A DNA stretch of 64,000 bases, taken from the IMG/VR virus record IMGVR_UViG_3300042731_011014, positions 64,001 to 128,000 of that record, one strand, 5' to 3'. The notes below the pieces were generated by a model, which was not told the origin of the DNA, made no database searches, and was given only the letters and a program-made list of their open reading frames with translations. This stretch comes from a virus. A program made the translations under genes and the position numbers. This document shows positions 8,385 through 19,040 of the stretch, in pieces. How positions within the stretch are numbered: the stretch's first letter is position 1; each line of letters begins with the position of its first letter.

Positions 8385-9200
8385 TCAAGAAAACACTTCT
8401 TTTGCCCTATCATAACCAATTTTCATCATTGCTCGCATTTCCTCGGGAACAAACTTAAGAGAATTCTTTGTTAATTCCTTTTCCGGCTCAATAATAATTA
8501 GATCAATATCATCACACATTACTGAATCAATATCGTTATTTCTTATTTCTGTAACCATTAAATCAAGAGATCTAAATAATGTGCTTGGAATTCTATTATA
8601 TTTTTCCTTATTTCTCGTGACCGTAGGTGGTGATAGTTTAATTGCGAAAATTCGCTTTGCTCCACAATCTATAGCCGCCTGAATTGGCACAACTTCTCGT
8701 ATGCCACCATCTAAATGATAATCACCACCCTCAAAGATCTGCACAGGTGGCATAAAACCAGGTTCATTACTACTTGCTAAAAGCGCTCTTCGAAATTCAT
8801 TAACACACATCATCTTCGGCGACCAATAACATATACTTCCAGAATTTAAATTCACTGTGCAAACATAAACACCCTTACTACTTTGTCTCAACTTATAAAA
8901 AATAAACGGTGTCAAGTTAGTATTAATAATATTTTTTAATCCACTATCATTATATAAAGAAGCTCGCCAAGGAAGTGTTAAACAACAATTTTTTCTCAAA
9001 AGATCTTTTGTTCTAACATTAGAATAAATTTTTTTTACTATATGAAAATCACCGCTGGCAACCAATGGAACAATTAATGCTCCTGTGCTTGTTCCAATTA
9101 AAATATCAAATGATTCACCTTTCTCTAACAACCACTCAATTGCCCCAATAGCAAAAGCCCCCTTACACCCGCCACCACTTATTACTAGTGCTGTTTTCAT
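8385..9200 (-). CDS. Patatin-like phospholipase
   Basis: GGGCKG oxyanion loop, GTSTG nucleophile, DGG aspartate motif. Confidence 0.93.
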   Translation of the reverse strand: MKTALVISGGGCKGAFAIGAIEWLLEKGESFDILIGTSTGALIVPLVASGDFHIVKKIYSNVRTKDLLRKNCCLTLPWRASLYNDSGLKNIINTNLTPFIFYKLRQSSKGVYVCTVNLNSGSICYWSPKMMCVNEFRRALLASSNEPGFMPPVQIFEGGDYHLDGGIREVVPIQAAIDCGAKRIFAIKLSPPTVTRNKEKYNRIPSTLFRSLDLMVTEIRNNDIDSVMCDDIDLIIIEPEKELTKNSLKFVPEEMRAMMKIGYDRAKEVFS

Positions 9201-10228
9201 ACGATCACCTGAATATTATTTGGTCTATACAACTGGAACCAAAAAGATACTTCCCCGCCCAACGGACTTTTTTTTCTAACCGTAAGAACAGTTTTCCAAT
9301 TTTGATGAATCCACTCCGTTTTTGAAACATCTACATCAAAAACACCCATAGGATTACCAAGAAAAATATTACTAAACGTTTTTATTTGAAAAGTTAAATC
9401 CATTAAATGATAATTCCCAGACGGAATTGGAGTTGATTCCTCCCATGTACACGCTGGTATAATAATACCTGTATCAAAATCCACATCCCAAAAACCAGTG
9501 CCAATCTGTTCAACAGGAGCACAATTTGCTAGTTTCAATTTTTTATCAGCAACTGGCGCTGACGCAGGAATAAAAATATTATTAGATGTATCATGATAAA
9601 CATCTGTCTCACCACTTACATCATGTACATTCGCCGGTATCTCAAAATGCAACCACCACCTATCCTCAGATGGTTTCCAATTTTCTACAGGAGTATTAAT
9701 TAATCTCCCATCTTTTATTGCAACAGGGGTATTAAACTGAACATCAACACTCTTGATTGTTCCATTAGCTGTATTCACCTCAGATTTATCGAACTCCACA
9801 ATAATAAAATCCCCCTCTCCTAGTCCAAGATTTGGAGGAGTTGGACTCATATCATCTGACGCGCCAGTAACATAAAGCATCCAACCCTGTGGCATAGGAG
9901 CATTTACAACATTAATACGGGAGTCTTTTTCTTGAGGAGTATCAATCCTAACCTTCAAAAAATCATCATCAGTTATCGGCAACCGCTGTACAAAATTAAA
10001 AACATGGGCAAGCGCTTCCTGAAGTGTTAAATCTCTCGATCCATCATTTACTGTTAACGATAAATCAGGATTTACTAAATCAGCTAATAACTGCTCAGAA
10101 TAGGCAATTTTTAGCCGAGACAAATGCACTTCTAAATCAAGATCATCGTTTGCTGGTATAGAAACCGCTGGAACTGTGTCCTGTAACTTCCAAATAGTAT
10201 CACCATTATTTTTTATAATTGTTGGCAT
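9197..10228 (-). CDS. Hypothetical, probably virion protein
   Basis: 343-aa ORF in a tightly coupled run. Confidence 0.6.
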   Translation of the reverse strand: MPTIIKNNGDTIWKLQDTVPAVSIPANDDLDLEVHLSRLKIAYSEQLLADLVNPDLSLTVNDGSRDLTLQEALAHVFNFVQRLPITDDDFLKVRIDTPQEKDSRINVVNAPMPQGWMLYVTGASDDMSPTPPNLGLGEGDFIIVEFDKSEVNTANGTIKSVDVQFNTPVAIKDGRLINTPVENWKPSEDRWWLHFEIPANVHDVSGETDVYHDTSNNIFIPASAPVADKKLKLANCAPVEQIGTGFWDVDFDTGIIIPACTWEESTPIPSGNYHLMDLTFQIKTFSNIFLGNPMGVFDVDVSKTEWIHQNWKTVLTVRKKSPLGGEVSFWFQLYRPNNIQVIV

Positions 10229-12589
10229 CTATGACTCCCTATTTCCCTTAAATCTCACCCAATCAATGATCAAATTCCTAGCAGAAGATCCTTGATTTTC
10301 ATGATAAACATGACCTTGTAACAAATAAGTTGGAATATTGGTCAAATGAGTATTTTTAAGAACATCATCAATATAAAATTTCACAGTTGATCCATCAGTA
10401 GAAATAATTCTGAATTTATGCCAATTTGTATCTTGGGCTGTACCAGTATCAAGGTCAGTAATCGATCCACCAACTCTAGTTCTACTAAACCAATTGCCGG
10501 TTCCATCAAGAAAGAAAAAACATTCCGCTGTACCCGCGTTGTTCTGGCCACCTAACTCTATCCAATGAGCAGAAGTTTCCAGCATCCTTGCTCTATATGT
10601 TAAGTCTATACATCCGGGAACAGAAAAAAAGGCAAAATTTGAACTTATATAATTAGTTCCAGAGACCGGCCCAACTATTAATTGCAACTGACCAGCCAAC
10701 CCATCCACAACAGCAATAGATGATCCTGCGCCACTAACTTCTGTATACCAAAGATCTGTATTTAAATGAGCAAAATCATCAAACATATCTAAACCAGATT
10801 CTGGATCATATCCCCCCGGTATATTTAACCTCGCTCGACCTCCTCCAACATCAGTAAATGTTACACCATCACCAACAACATCAAGAATTGAATGAGGTGT
10901 ACTGGCTAACGTAACAGTATCTCGCTCCATTGTTATATTGGAACCAGATCCAGTATCACCCTTTGGCCCTTGCGCCCCCGTTTGACCCCGAATCCTCATT
11001 ATCGTAAGACCTGAGCCACCAGCCCTAAGATTAATCGTACTTGTGCCAAGTGTCCGCCTGGCTTGTATTTTAATTTTGTCTCCCCACCCAACTGAAACAA
11101 CAGCAAACGCTATCGCCTGACCGCCATAATTCAATTGACGAGCATACGAGGGCGATACCATTCCGGCAATTTCCGTATAACCAGATCCGGTATCAATAGA
11201 CATGCGCATTTCTGCTTCAGATCTGCTTGATCCAGAAATCACATTCACTGCCACTCTAGCAAAAATAGCCACTGTATCAGTAGCCTCAAAGGTTACCTCA
11301 GCAGAGGAGCCTGTATGCTCAAACATTGCATCTTTTTTGCGCTCTGTATCTAACGGAACATCGGTCCATCCAGAACTAATATCTGTTCCTCCAGCCGCAT
11401 CATAGGCATCAAAATATTCGGTCGCCTCACTAATACCCTGAAAAGTTATCTCCTTCCAAACAGCATTACTTGTTGAAGCATCAACACATATAAACGCCTT
11501 ATCCGTTGTATTGTTATGCCAAATTGAATTTATTGAATACCCGTCTACGTCGTCATCACCAGCGCCCGGATCCGTAGTAGCTCCAACATTGTTCTTTGTG
11601 TTCGAAACATTTTCCAAACCAACGTGACTCGCGGGCTGAGTTACAGTTGTGTGATCGTCTAATGTATCCCCATCATCACTAACATCCCGGCCATCTACGG
11701 TCCCAGAAGTTGCTATGTTCCCTAAATCATCTATTGTCACAGCCGAATTCTGAATTATTTTACCGGCCGCGCCATCAAACCTAGCAATTGCATTATCAGT
11801 CGAGCTTCCTGGCCCAGAAACATCCCCTGTCCCAGCACCACCAGAAGGATATTCTATCCAAGTTGAGCCATCATATACCCAATGAGAGCTATCATCCGTT
11901 TGTTTGGCCTCATCGCCCTCTTGGACGGTTAGGGCGAGTCTTTCTGTTGAATCAGCTACAATATGAACTTCTGGCAAGGCAACCGAAGGTATCTTTGAAG
12001 CCGGAACCTTCCCACCTGCATCAAGATCACAAACACCGTTTACTGCACCCTTCTCACTCGAAGGGATCGCCCCAATATTCGCTGGATCTAAATTTGGATG
12101 TGGATCCGCGCTATTTTCATGAGTACTGAAATCCGAAATTGTTACAGCACCAACCTGGGCGGCTGTAACATCATGGGGATTAGAAGTACTATTAGCATGA
12201 ATATTATGTACCGATTGACCAACAAGAGGATTTCCACTATCTATTACACCAGCCCCATCTAAGGCATCTTTTTGGTCGCTCGTAGGATCGTTTGAATTAT
12301 CGTGATGATCAGTTGCGCTAACATCCTCTAATTGATCGTGTGAAATCTGAGTTATTACAGGAGGGGTTGAAGCATCTATTGCCTCCTGATTACTGAGTAG
12401 TTCCCCATTAATTCTAACTTCAATATCATCCGCATTAACTAAGGTAATATATTCAGAATTAAATGGGATTTTCTCTTCATCGTTCCATAGAGAAACATCC
12501 ACCCATACACCGTCCGGCAACTCCATATCCGGAGCAACAATTTTCTGGAGATTTATGATAGAGCCCGTTTTGTTGCGTACTTCAAACAT
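10229..12589 (-). CDS. Tail fibre-like protein with short collagen stretch and C-terminal ConA/LamG-like domain
   Basis: GAVNGVCDLDAGGKVP, GDVSGPGSSTDNAIARFDG and GQTGAQGPKGDTG motifs; WHKFRI...VKFYIDD lectin-type C-terminus. Confidence 0.7.
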   Translation of the reverse strand: MFEVRNKTGSIINLQKIVAPDMELPDGVWVDVSLWNDEEKIPFNSEYITLVNADDIEVRINGELLSNQEAIDASTPPVITQISHDQLEDVSATDHHDNSNDPTSDQKDALDGAGVIDSGNPLVGQSVHNIHANSTSNPHDVTAAQVGAVTISDFSTHENSADPHPNLDPANIGAIPSSEKGAVNGVCDLDAGGKVPASKIPSVALPEVHIVADSTERLALTVQEGDEAKQTDDSSHWVYDGSTWIEYPSGGAGTGDVSGPGSSTDNAIARFDGAAGKIIQNSAVTIDDLGNIATSGTVDGRDVSDDGDTLDDHTTVTQPASHVGLENVSNTKNNVGATTDPGAGDDDVDGYSINSIWHNNTTDKAFICVDASTSNAVWKEITFQGISEATEYFDAYDAAGGTDISSGWTDVPLDTERKKDAMFEHTGSSAEVTFEATDTVAIFARVAVNVISGSSRSEAEMRMSIDTGSGYTEIAGMVSPSYARQLNYGGQAIAFAVVSVGWGDKIKIQARRTLGTSTINLRAGGSGLTIMRIRGQTGAQGPKGDTGSGSNITMERDTVTLASTPHSILDVVGDGVTFTDVGGGRARLNIPGGYDPESGLDMFDDFAHLNTDLWYTEVSGAGSSIAVVDGLAGQLQLIVGPVSGTNYISSNFAFFSVPGCIDLTYRARMLETSAHWIELGGQNNAGTAECFFFLDGTGNWFSRTRVGGSITDLDTGTAQDTNWHKFRIISTDGSTVKFYIDDVLKNTHLTNIPTYLLQGHVYHENQGSSARNLIIDWVRFKGNRES

Positions 12590-13567
12590 TTATGCTCTCC
12601 ACTTTACTAAAAACCAACCCTGAACATCAGTAGTCGCATTGGGACCACCATTCCTTGCAGCAAGAACACTACCCTGAGTAAAATTAGCATCCAACGAGTT
12701 CGAATAACCAGAAACAGCAGTTGAATTTCCGGCAACTATTGTCGTCCCATCATCTGTAAGCTCAAAATCAGCATTATCTGTATCAGATCTTGAATATCCA
12801 GCCCCAACAACAGTACCATTCCATGGTACAACATAACCTATTGTCGCTGAAAACGTTAACCCATTAACACCACGATAATACCCACCAGACGGAGTACTTC
12901 CGTTTCTACCAAACTGAAAAATGGCCATCGACTCTGACAACCATTTCGATCTTGATTCATCATAAGTCATCCACATTTGAAGTGTTATATTATAATACCG
13001 ATCACCATTTTGAGGAGTCGGCGAACTTGGATCGCTAGTACCAGGAGGATGAATAAAGGCCCCTTGAATTCGCCCATTATTATCTATCGTGGGCACACTA
13101 TTTTGAATTATTTTACCTGTTGTACCATTGAACCTGGCTATCGCATTATCCACAGAACTGGCCGGCCCATCAACATCACCCGCAGAATCAAGTAATGTTC
13201 CAGCTGTAAAAAAAGCTCGATCTTGATAAATATTTGTTACATCCAAAACATCAGTAACTACCCTAGCAAGACGAATATGAATTACCGATGAACCAGGATA
13301 CCCAGTTGTATTTACTTGAAGCGTACCGGTGGAATCAAGGTAAACATAATTTGTATCATTTGCTGTAACTGAATTAGTAACCGATCCAGCATATAATCCC
13401 TTTGTGCCAGCCATATCATATCCAAACTGTTGAACTGATACAGTCAGAATACCATCTCTCTCGACGGCACCATCTTTAAAAACAGCGGCGACCGCGGCCT
13501 CAACCTCATTACCATCCTTGTCATACCATACGGTCTGAACAATCGGTTTTTCATAATCAAAAGCCAT
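12590..13567 (-). CDS. Fibre/virion protein sharing the GDVxGPxSSxDNAIARF module with 10229-12589
   Basis: GDVDGPASSVDNAIARFNGTTGKIIQNS. Confidence 0.65.
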   Translation of the reverse strand: MAFDYEKPIVQTVWYDKDGNEVEAAVAAVFKDGAVERDGILTVSVQQFGYDMAGTKGLYAGSVTNSVTANDTNYVYLDSTGTLQVNTTGYPGSSVIHIRLARVVTDVLDVTNIYQDRAFFTAGTLLDSAGDVDGPASSVDNAIARFNGTTGKIIQNSVPTIDNNGRIQGAFIHPPGTSDPSSPTPQNGDRYYNITLQMWMTYDESRSKWLSESMAIFQFGRNGSTPSGGYYRGVNGLTFSATIGYVVPWNGTVVGAGYSRSDTDNADFELTDDGTTIVAGNSTAVSGYSNSLDANFTQGSVLAARNGGPNATTDVQGWFLVKWRA

Positions 13568-13575
13568 TTAAAATC

Positions 13576-14145
13576 CTAATCGACAAAATAAGTCATAGAA
13601 TAACTAACTTCTGCACTACCACCACCAGACACTTTTTCTACTTTTAGAATAACGTCTCCAACAGCCGGAGTTACTGCATTACCCTTCACATTATCCAAAT
13701 TTGCTCCAGTGTTCACAGCCGTTACATTTGTCTCAATATTTCCTGCAACAATATAATCAAAGTCTCCCGCAGTTTGAGCTAAATCAATTCCAAAAATCTT
13801 CGTGCTTTGACCAATTTCACTTTTTAATCTAGCTGTATCGGTTGCATACAATGAAACAGCATGCAGCCAACCTATAGTTGCATCAGTACCATTTATTGCG
13901 AGAATGATGCCTATCATACTTTTCCACTGAGAGATCATTCTTTCTTTTATTATTCTAGCACTCGAACTAACAACCTTCACACTGCTACTACCAGAATGTT
14001 TATAATCGCCTCCTCCACCATCTAAATCTATCAAAATAAAATAAGTTGTATTGGTGATAGCAGAATTATAAAATTCTACTGCAACAAACTTTTCCGCCAC
14101 TTTAGATTGAGGTGTGCTATCCACTTCTGCAATTACAAAACTCAT
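13576..14145 (-). CDS. Hypothetical beta-rich virion protein
   Basis: 189-aa ORF in a contiguous run. Confidence 0.6.
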   Translation of the reverse strand: MSFVIAEVDSTPQSKVAEKFVAVEFYNSAITNTTYFILIDLDGGGGDYKHSGSSSVKVVSSSARIIKERMISQWKSMIGIILAINGTDATIGWLHAVSLYATDTARLKSEIGQSTKIFGIDLAQTAGDFDYIVAGNIETNVTAVNTGANLDNVKGNAVTPAVGDVILKVEKVSGGGSAEVSYSMTYFVD

Positions 14146-14146
14146 T

Positions 14147-14875
14147 TTATACCTTACTCCAATCTATACCAACAACTTTTCCCAACGACCTTGTTAATAC
14201 GCCGGTATAAGTATATTTCTCCTGTCCATTACTATCATACTGAATTATTTCAATTTCCGAAATTTTGCCACTAGTTCTTATAATATTTGTTTCTCTTATT
14301 TTATTTGATTTTCCGGAATCTGTATAATAAACAATGCTCGTTACCCTTCCATCTACTCTGATCACCTCCTGGTAAGTATCCTCAACAACCTCATGCGTGA
14401 GAGTATCAAGACCCTCATGATTTTTAATTCCGCTACTACCACTAGCATTACCACCAAATGATAATCCTAATCTCTCTAAATCCAATACAGCGTTTTTAAT
14501 ATAAACACTATGTACAGGATCATTTGACGCATATCGTAAATCTATAATTGGTGCACTTTCCTCTTCTAAAGTAATAACAACTGTCCCCCCGCAGTGAACA
14601 TACACATCATTCTCATTCAATTTAAACGCCGAGGGATCTATAAGATCTATCGAATCTTGTAGTAATTCAAGTTTTACCCTTGCCCCACCTTGCACCCTAA
14701 TATCACATGCCCAATGCAAAGCATAAACACTTGGCCACAAAAGCCCTTCCGGAATTAACTGAACTTTCGAAACTGTATTAACCCCCTGTGTACTACTTTC
14801 AGACAAGCTTGTAGCATAAGCACAATTACAATGCATCAAAGATAATCGCTGTACAATATCATCTTTCTTAGTCAT
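14147..14875 (-). CDS. Hypothetical virion protein
   Basis: 242-aa ORF, coupled to neighbours. Confidence 0.6.
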   Translation of the reverse strand: MTKKDDIVQRLSLMHCNCAYATSLSESSTQGVNTVSKVQLIPEGLLWPSVYALHWACDIRVQGGARVKLELLQDSIDLIDPSAFKLNENDVYVHCGGTVVITLEEESAPIIDLRYASNDPVHSVYIKNAVLDLERLGLSFGGNASGSSGIKNHEGLDTLTHEVVEDTYQEVIRVDGRVTSIVYYTDSGKSNKIRETNIIRTSGKISEIEIIQYDSNGQEKYTYTGVLTRSLGKVVGIDWSKV

Positions 14876-15879
14876 GATTCCCTATCCCCAGATGCTTTTA
14901 CCCAATCTACATACGCATCCTGTTCACTTCCGGCACTAGTAGTAGATATGTAAACATATGGACCAAGATAAGACGGAGGTATTCTAGTAGTATGAGTAGC
15001 AACCAATGATCCATCATAATAAAAAAGAACCTGGCTAGATGACAAAAAAATTGCATACTCATGCCAAGAGGAATTAGCCGCAAATCCCAAATCAGTGCTT
15101 TCTTCACCGCCCGAATCATCGCTTTTTGCATACCAATTATATGAACCCCATCGCTCAAACCATGCTGAATAAGGTCCTGCACCACCCAAAAAAACATAAG
15201 AATTCGCTGTATCCTCAATTTTCAATCTAAAAGAAAATTTTGCGTTAGCAGCAGCACTGTAGTTATCATGATTAAAAATAGACACATGATCATCATATAC
15301 TGAACCAGAACGTAAACGCGCTTGACCACCTATCGCATTATCGGGCAACGTAGCACTACTAGAACCAACTATATCTATATCCCAATTTTCATCCAAACTA
15401 TTACTAAGAAAATCATCCCAAAAAAAACATTTACTAGGTCCAGCAATATAACACTCTGATATTGCACCATCTAAATCTGAAACTGCATCTTGGACATTAT
15501 CAGCAGTAGTTTGAGTTAATCCAGTTGAATCAAATCCAACCCTGCCTGCGCCTGGGGGATGCCTAAAATTAGCACTGCCTCCAGTCGAATCACCTATTGT
15601 CTCAACAACATCAATTGTTGTTTCATCTATTACATTATCAATGGTAAAAGTACCATCACCAGAGCCACCAGATGTGCCAGAAAGAATAACAATATCTCCA
15701 GATTGCGCTCTTTCATCGGGATCATAAAGAAGATTTACTCCTGAAAACACAACTCTCTTATTAGATGAAGTTGTTGAAACCACAGTAACGCCAGAATTAT
15801 ACTCAATCGTTCCATCTGAACCAAGCTCAGTTGCATCAACAATCTCAAGATCACCAATATCATCTTTTGATAAAGGCAT
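14872..15879 (-). CDS. Virion protein with C-terminal ConA/LamG-like domain, paralogous to the 10229-12589 C-terminus
   Basis: WDDF...GGQARL...WHEYAI...VLFYYDG...DWVKASGDRES versus FDDF...AGQLQL...WHKFRI...VKFYIDD...DWVRFKGNRES. Confidence 0.7.
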   Translation of the reverse strand: MPLSKDDIGDLEIVDATELGSDGTIEYNSGVTVVSTTSSNKRVVFSGVNLLYDPDERAQSGDIVILSGTSGGSGDGTFTIDNVIDETTIDVVETIGDSTGGSANFRHPPGAGRVGFDSTGLTQTTADNVQDAVSDLDGAISECYIAGPSKCFFWDDFLSNSLDENWDIDIVGSSSATLPDNAIGGQARLRSGSVYDDHVSIFNHDNYSAAANAKFSFRLKIEDTANSYVFLGGAGPYSAWFERWGSYNWYAKSDDSGGEESTDLGFAANSSWHEYAIFLSSSQVLFYYDGSLVATHTTRIPPSYLGPYVYISTTSAGSEQDAYVDWVKASGDRES

Positions 15880-16452
15880 TTATTCCTTCTTTTTTCTGGT
15901 TTTTCTTTTTTTCTTTTTCTTCTTTAACTCATAATTATCAAGATCTTTACATATAATACACTGATCATTACCGCATGACTTCCCATCATGACATGGACAG
16001 TTACATTCCGCCATATCGCCCTCATCCTGACATCCGCAGTTAGCACAAACCTTTTTTAACATTTCAACATCTGTAACAATATCCTCTTTTACCTCTTCAC
16101 TTTCTTTTTTATCCTCTTTTTCTTCGACATCCTTAGCTTTAACTCCAGTTAACATCCCGCTATCATGATATCCAACCATCATTGACACTAGTAAATTTGA
16201 AAAAGTCGAACATGCATCGGCTGTCCCTTGATTAAATACTAACTCATTCTGGAGATCCCTAATCTGTTTTTCAGATCTCATTCTCAACCCCTCAACCGAT
16301 TTAAGAAATTGAGACATTAACTGATAAAGACCCCTAGGAGATATGCTTTCACTATTGGTGAAAATCTTATTAAACTCTGCCTGGAGTTTTACAAAATTCT
16401 CTTTGTGCGTACCGCCCCTCTTTTGTGTTTGATATTGCCTCTCGGTTTTCAT
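15880..16452 (-). CDS. Helical protein with 9-Cys cluster and Lys/Arg tail
   Basis: CANCGC...CNCPCH...C...CIIC followed by KKKKKKRKTRKKK. Confidence 0.7.
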   Translation of the reverse strand: MKTERQYQTQKRGGTHKENFVKLQAEFNKIFTNSESISPRGLYQLMSQFLKSVEGLRMRSEKQIRDLQNELVFNQGTADACSTFSNLLVSMMVGYHDSGMLTGVKAKDVEEKEDKKESEEVKEDIVTDVEMLKKVCANCGCQDEGDMAECNCPCHDGKSCGNDQCIICKDLDNYELKKKKKKRKTRKKKE

Positions 16453-16757
16453 AGACCCTTCTTTTTTCTTACCATGGCATTTATAACGAGTGTGCAGTCA
16501 TTACAATACACCCCCCATAGTTTTCTATCTACAGCCGGTCCAGATATTAGCCAAAACTTCTCATTTGTGCTTTTATGACCAGCATTACATGTACCATCAT
16601 GAGGATAAATAGGATTCTTTATCAACCCTTTCCCATTGCATTCTTTACATTTTAAAACTGCGGCCTTGCCTTTATTAAAACACTTACATGTTGTTTCAGG
16701 CAAGACCACTCGCATTGTTACGCCGGTCTCTTTTATTAAATCGGCAAAACTATCCAC
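16449..16757 (-). CDS. Small Zn-finger-like protein
   Basis: CKC, CKECNGKG, CNAGH and CNDC motifs. Confidence 0.65.
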   Translation of the reverse strand: MDSFADLIKETGVTMRVVLPETTCKCFNKGKAAVLKCKECNGKGLIKNPIYPHDGTCNAGHKSTNEKFWLISGPAVDRKLWGVYCNDCTLVINAMVRKKKGL

Positions 16758-16765
16758 AAATCACA

Positions 16766-18712
16766 TTACTGTAGGATAAAATAATTTATATCATCCAATG
16801 CTCTAACATTAAAATGAGGAGTTACCTGTGTGGTAGAAGTCTCCAGATAATGATCAAATCTTAGATCTGATCCTGGATTCTTTAATACACCTCTCCAATA
16901 AACGAACATGTTTGCACCATTTCCGCCACCATCCAGCGTATAAGTAGCTCCACCAGGTAACGTATGAGCAGTGTTTTTAGGTATAGCCGTAGTTAACCTC
17001 TCAATAATCCTCGTTATTGATGACGCAGTAATATTATCAGCAAGTGCCTGCAATGATTCAACAATAGTCTCACCATCATTTAGAATCGTTCCAGTATATG
17101 TTCTATCTCCGATTTGAGCATTAATAGTATTCAATATCTCTTCAATATTTGTATTATTCGGATCACCTAAATCACTGAAAATAAATTCGTCACCAGTATT
17201 TGTTAACACTGGCGTCGTTTCACCATCAGATGCCCCGATAAACTCGCGAATCTCAGAGATATCTTGGACTAAAACAGCATCAGCTTGAATTCCACCAATT
17301 AAAGTTGTCCTAAAGGCTGTCTCTGGAAGCTCATTGGTTTGATATCTATCACCATTATAAAAATCCCAATTTCCAGGATGACGTGATACCTGCCATAATA
17401 ACGATCCACTATTACCATCAGTAGCAAAGTTGGATCCGTCAACCGTAACCTCCGTTGCTGAAGCTACAGCAGTAATTTTCGCATGTCTTTGGTTACCATC
17501 AACAGCACATCCCCAAACAGTCAGATACCCTCCAATATCCTCACTTAACATTCCCGATAAGCCAGTAACTGTCGTGCTTGAGTCTGTTACAGATGCTGCG
17601 GATCCGCTCCGACCAGAAATAGGCTCTAACTCTTCTTCTGTTGCAGAACCATTGTTTGTTCCATAAATAAGCTGAGCAAAAAACCTCGTCGCTTCATTAG
17701 TAGTGGTATTATTTGGATCCTTTGCGTCACCATAAGAACGCGCATATAAAGCATTACCAGCCTCATCAACTGGTCTACCGCCAGTAACAGGATCAATCAC
17801 CTCAGTAAATGTCGCATCGTAATTAGTTTCATCATATGCGCCCGAATCGGCAACAGGGATACCACGAAGATCGACTGCATCCGCATAGTTTCTACTTGAA
17901 AGAATACCTTTTAGATCAGACTCAAGCTTCCAGCTAATTGTACCTTCAGCCGTAGCAGAATCAAGACCATCCAGCTCCAAGGTATTCCCATCTGTTACCG
18001 TCTTAATCCGGTAAGATCCATCGGCATCAGTTGACCCAGAAATAGTAATAAAACTGTTTACATCATCCGCAACAAAATGCATATCTGTGAACTCAGCAGT
18101 TTCGTCAGAAATAGCCAAGGTTAAATCACTGCCACTAATTGTTGGTCTTAGTTTAACACTATCTTGCTTTACTGTTATTACACGAGTAGAAGCATCCTCA
18201 GTCTTTCCAGCAATATTCGACAGATTTGCTGGGACGTCAGTACCAATTGCACTAGGTCGCTCATAAGTTGGCACATCATCATAGTAATTGGTAGTTCCCT
18301 TTATTAATCTGCGGTCAGTACGGTGAATATTCTGCTCAACTTCAAGAGAATATGGATCATTTATTTCATAGTCACCACCAAACACCTCAGCAGCACCGGA
18401 TGCATTAATGTACGTCAATGTCGTCCCACCCGGTACCGACTGAATCAAAAACGTACCATTATTTCCACCAGTTGTCGCACTGGAAATTGTAATAAAAGCC
18501 CCTATAAGGGCACTTGTCCATGTTTCACCGGCAATAGTTAATGTAACTACGCCCGCCGCAACAGCAAAATTATCAGTGGTTCCATTTCCGGATCCGCTGT
18601 CCTGTTGTCCACCTTTTTGATTTGGTTCATCAGTTAAAGTTTTCGCTTGATCGAAATTAATCGACCCCTGAACATCGATGAGCTGGCTTAGTCTACCAGG
18701 ATAAACAGACAT
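16766..18712 (-). CDS. Virion structural protein with three small repeated beta-domains
   Basis: Repeats such as GAFITISSA..GNNGTFLIQSV and FITISGS..DGSYRIKTV; Gly/Thr/Asp rich. Confidence 0.65.
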   Translation of the reverse strand: MSVYPGRLSQLIDVQGSINFDQAKTLTDEPNQKGGQQDSGSGNGTTDNFAVAAGVVTLTIAGETWTSALIGAFITISSATTGGNNGTFLIQSVPGGTTLTYINASGAAEVFGGDYEINDPYSLEVEQNIHRTDRRLIKGTTNYYDDVPTYERPSAIGTDVPANLSNIAGKTEDASTRVITVKQDSVKLRPTISGSDLTLAISDETAEFTDMHFVADDVNSFITISGSTDADGSYRIKTVTDGNTLELDGLDSATAEGTISWKLESDLKGILSSRNYADAVDLRGIPVADSGAYDETNYDATFTEVIDPVTGGRPVDEAGNALYARSYGDAKDPNNTTTNEATRFFAQLIYGTNNGSATEEELEPISGRSGSAASVTDSSTTVTGLSGMLSEDIGGYLTVWGCAVDGNQRHAKITAVASATEVTVDGSNFATDGNSGSLLWQVSRHPGNWDFYNGDRYQTNELPETAFRTTLIGGIQADAVLVQDISEIREFIGASDGETTPVLTNTGDEFIFSDLGDPNNTNIEEILNTINAQIGDRTYTGTILNDGETIVESLQALADNITASSITRIIERLTTAIPKNTAHTLPGGATYTLDGGGNGANMFVYWRGVLKNPGSDLRFDHYLETSTTQVTPHFNVRALDDINYFILQ

Positions 18713-18722
18713 TTTAACCTCC

Positions 18723-19013
18723 TTATTCGGCTAGATAATCCGCCAAAAATAAACTTGTTACCTGTGGGGTAAACTTCATCCTGATCATATTATACCCTCC
18801 CCCAGGTACATTTTCATAGACTTCATACTCACTCGGAAGCATCCTTCTCCCATTATGATATAATCTTACAGTCCTCTTTGGCGGATCATATATTGCTGGC
18901 TCAGGTAAGCTGAAAATTCTGCTAGATCCGTCATATACACCAAGCAAATAAACATTTTCCCTAACCCTGCCTGAACCTGCACCGCCAATTGTGAGAGGAC
19001 TAGTAGTTCGCAT
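18723..19013 (-). CDS. Small beta-domain virion protein
   Basis: YDGSSRIFSLP...VRLYHNGRRM..SEYEV pattern seen in phage decoration/fibre modules. Confidence 0.55.
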   Translation of the reverse strand: MRTTSPLTIGGAGSGRVRENVYLLGVYDGSSRIFSLPEPAIYDPPKRTVRLYHNGRRMLPSEYEVYENVPGGGYNMIRMKFTPQVTSLFLADYLAE

Positions 19014-19040
19014 TTCATTTTCCGATCCTTAAAATCAATA

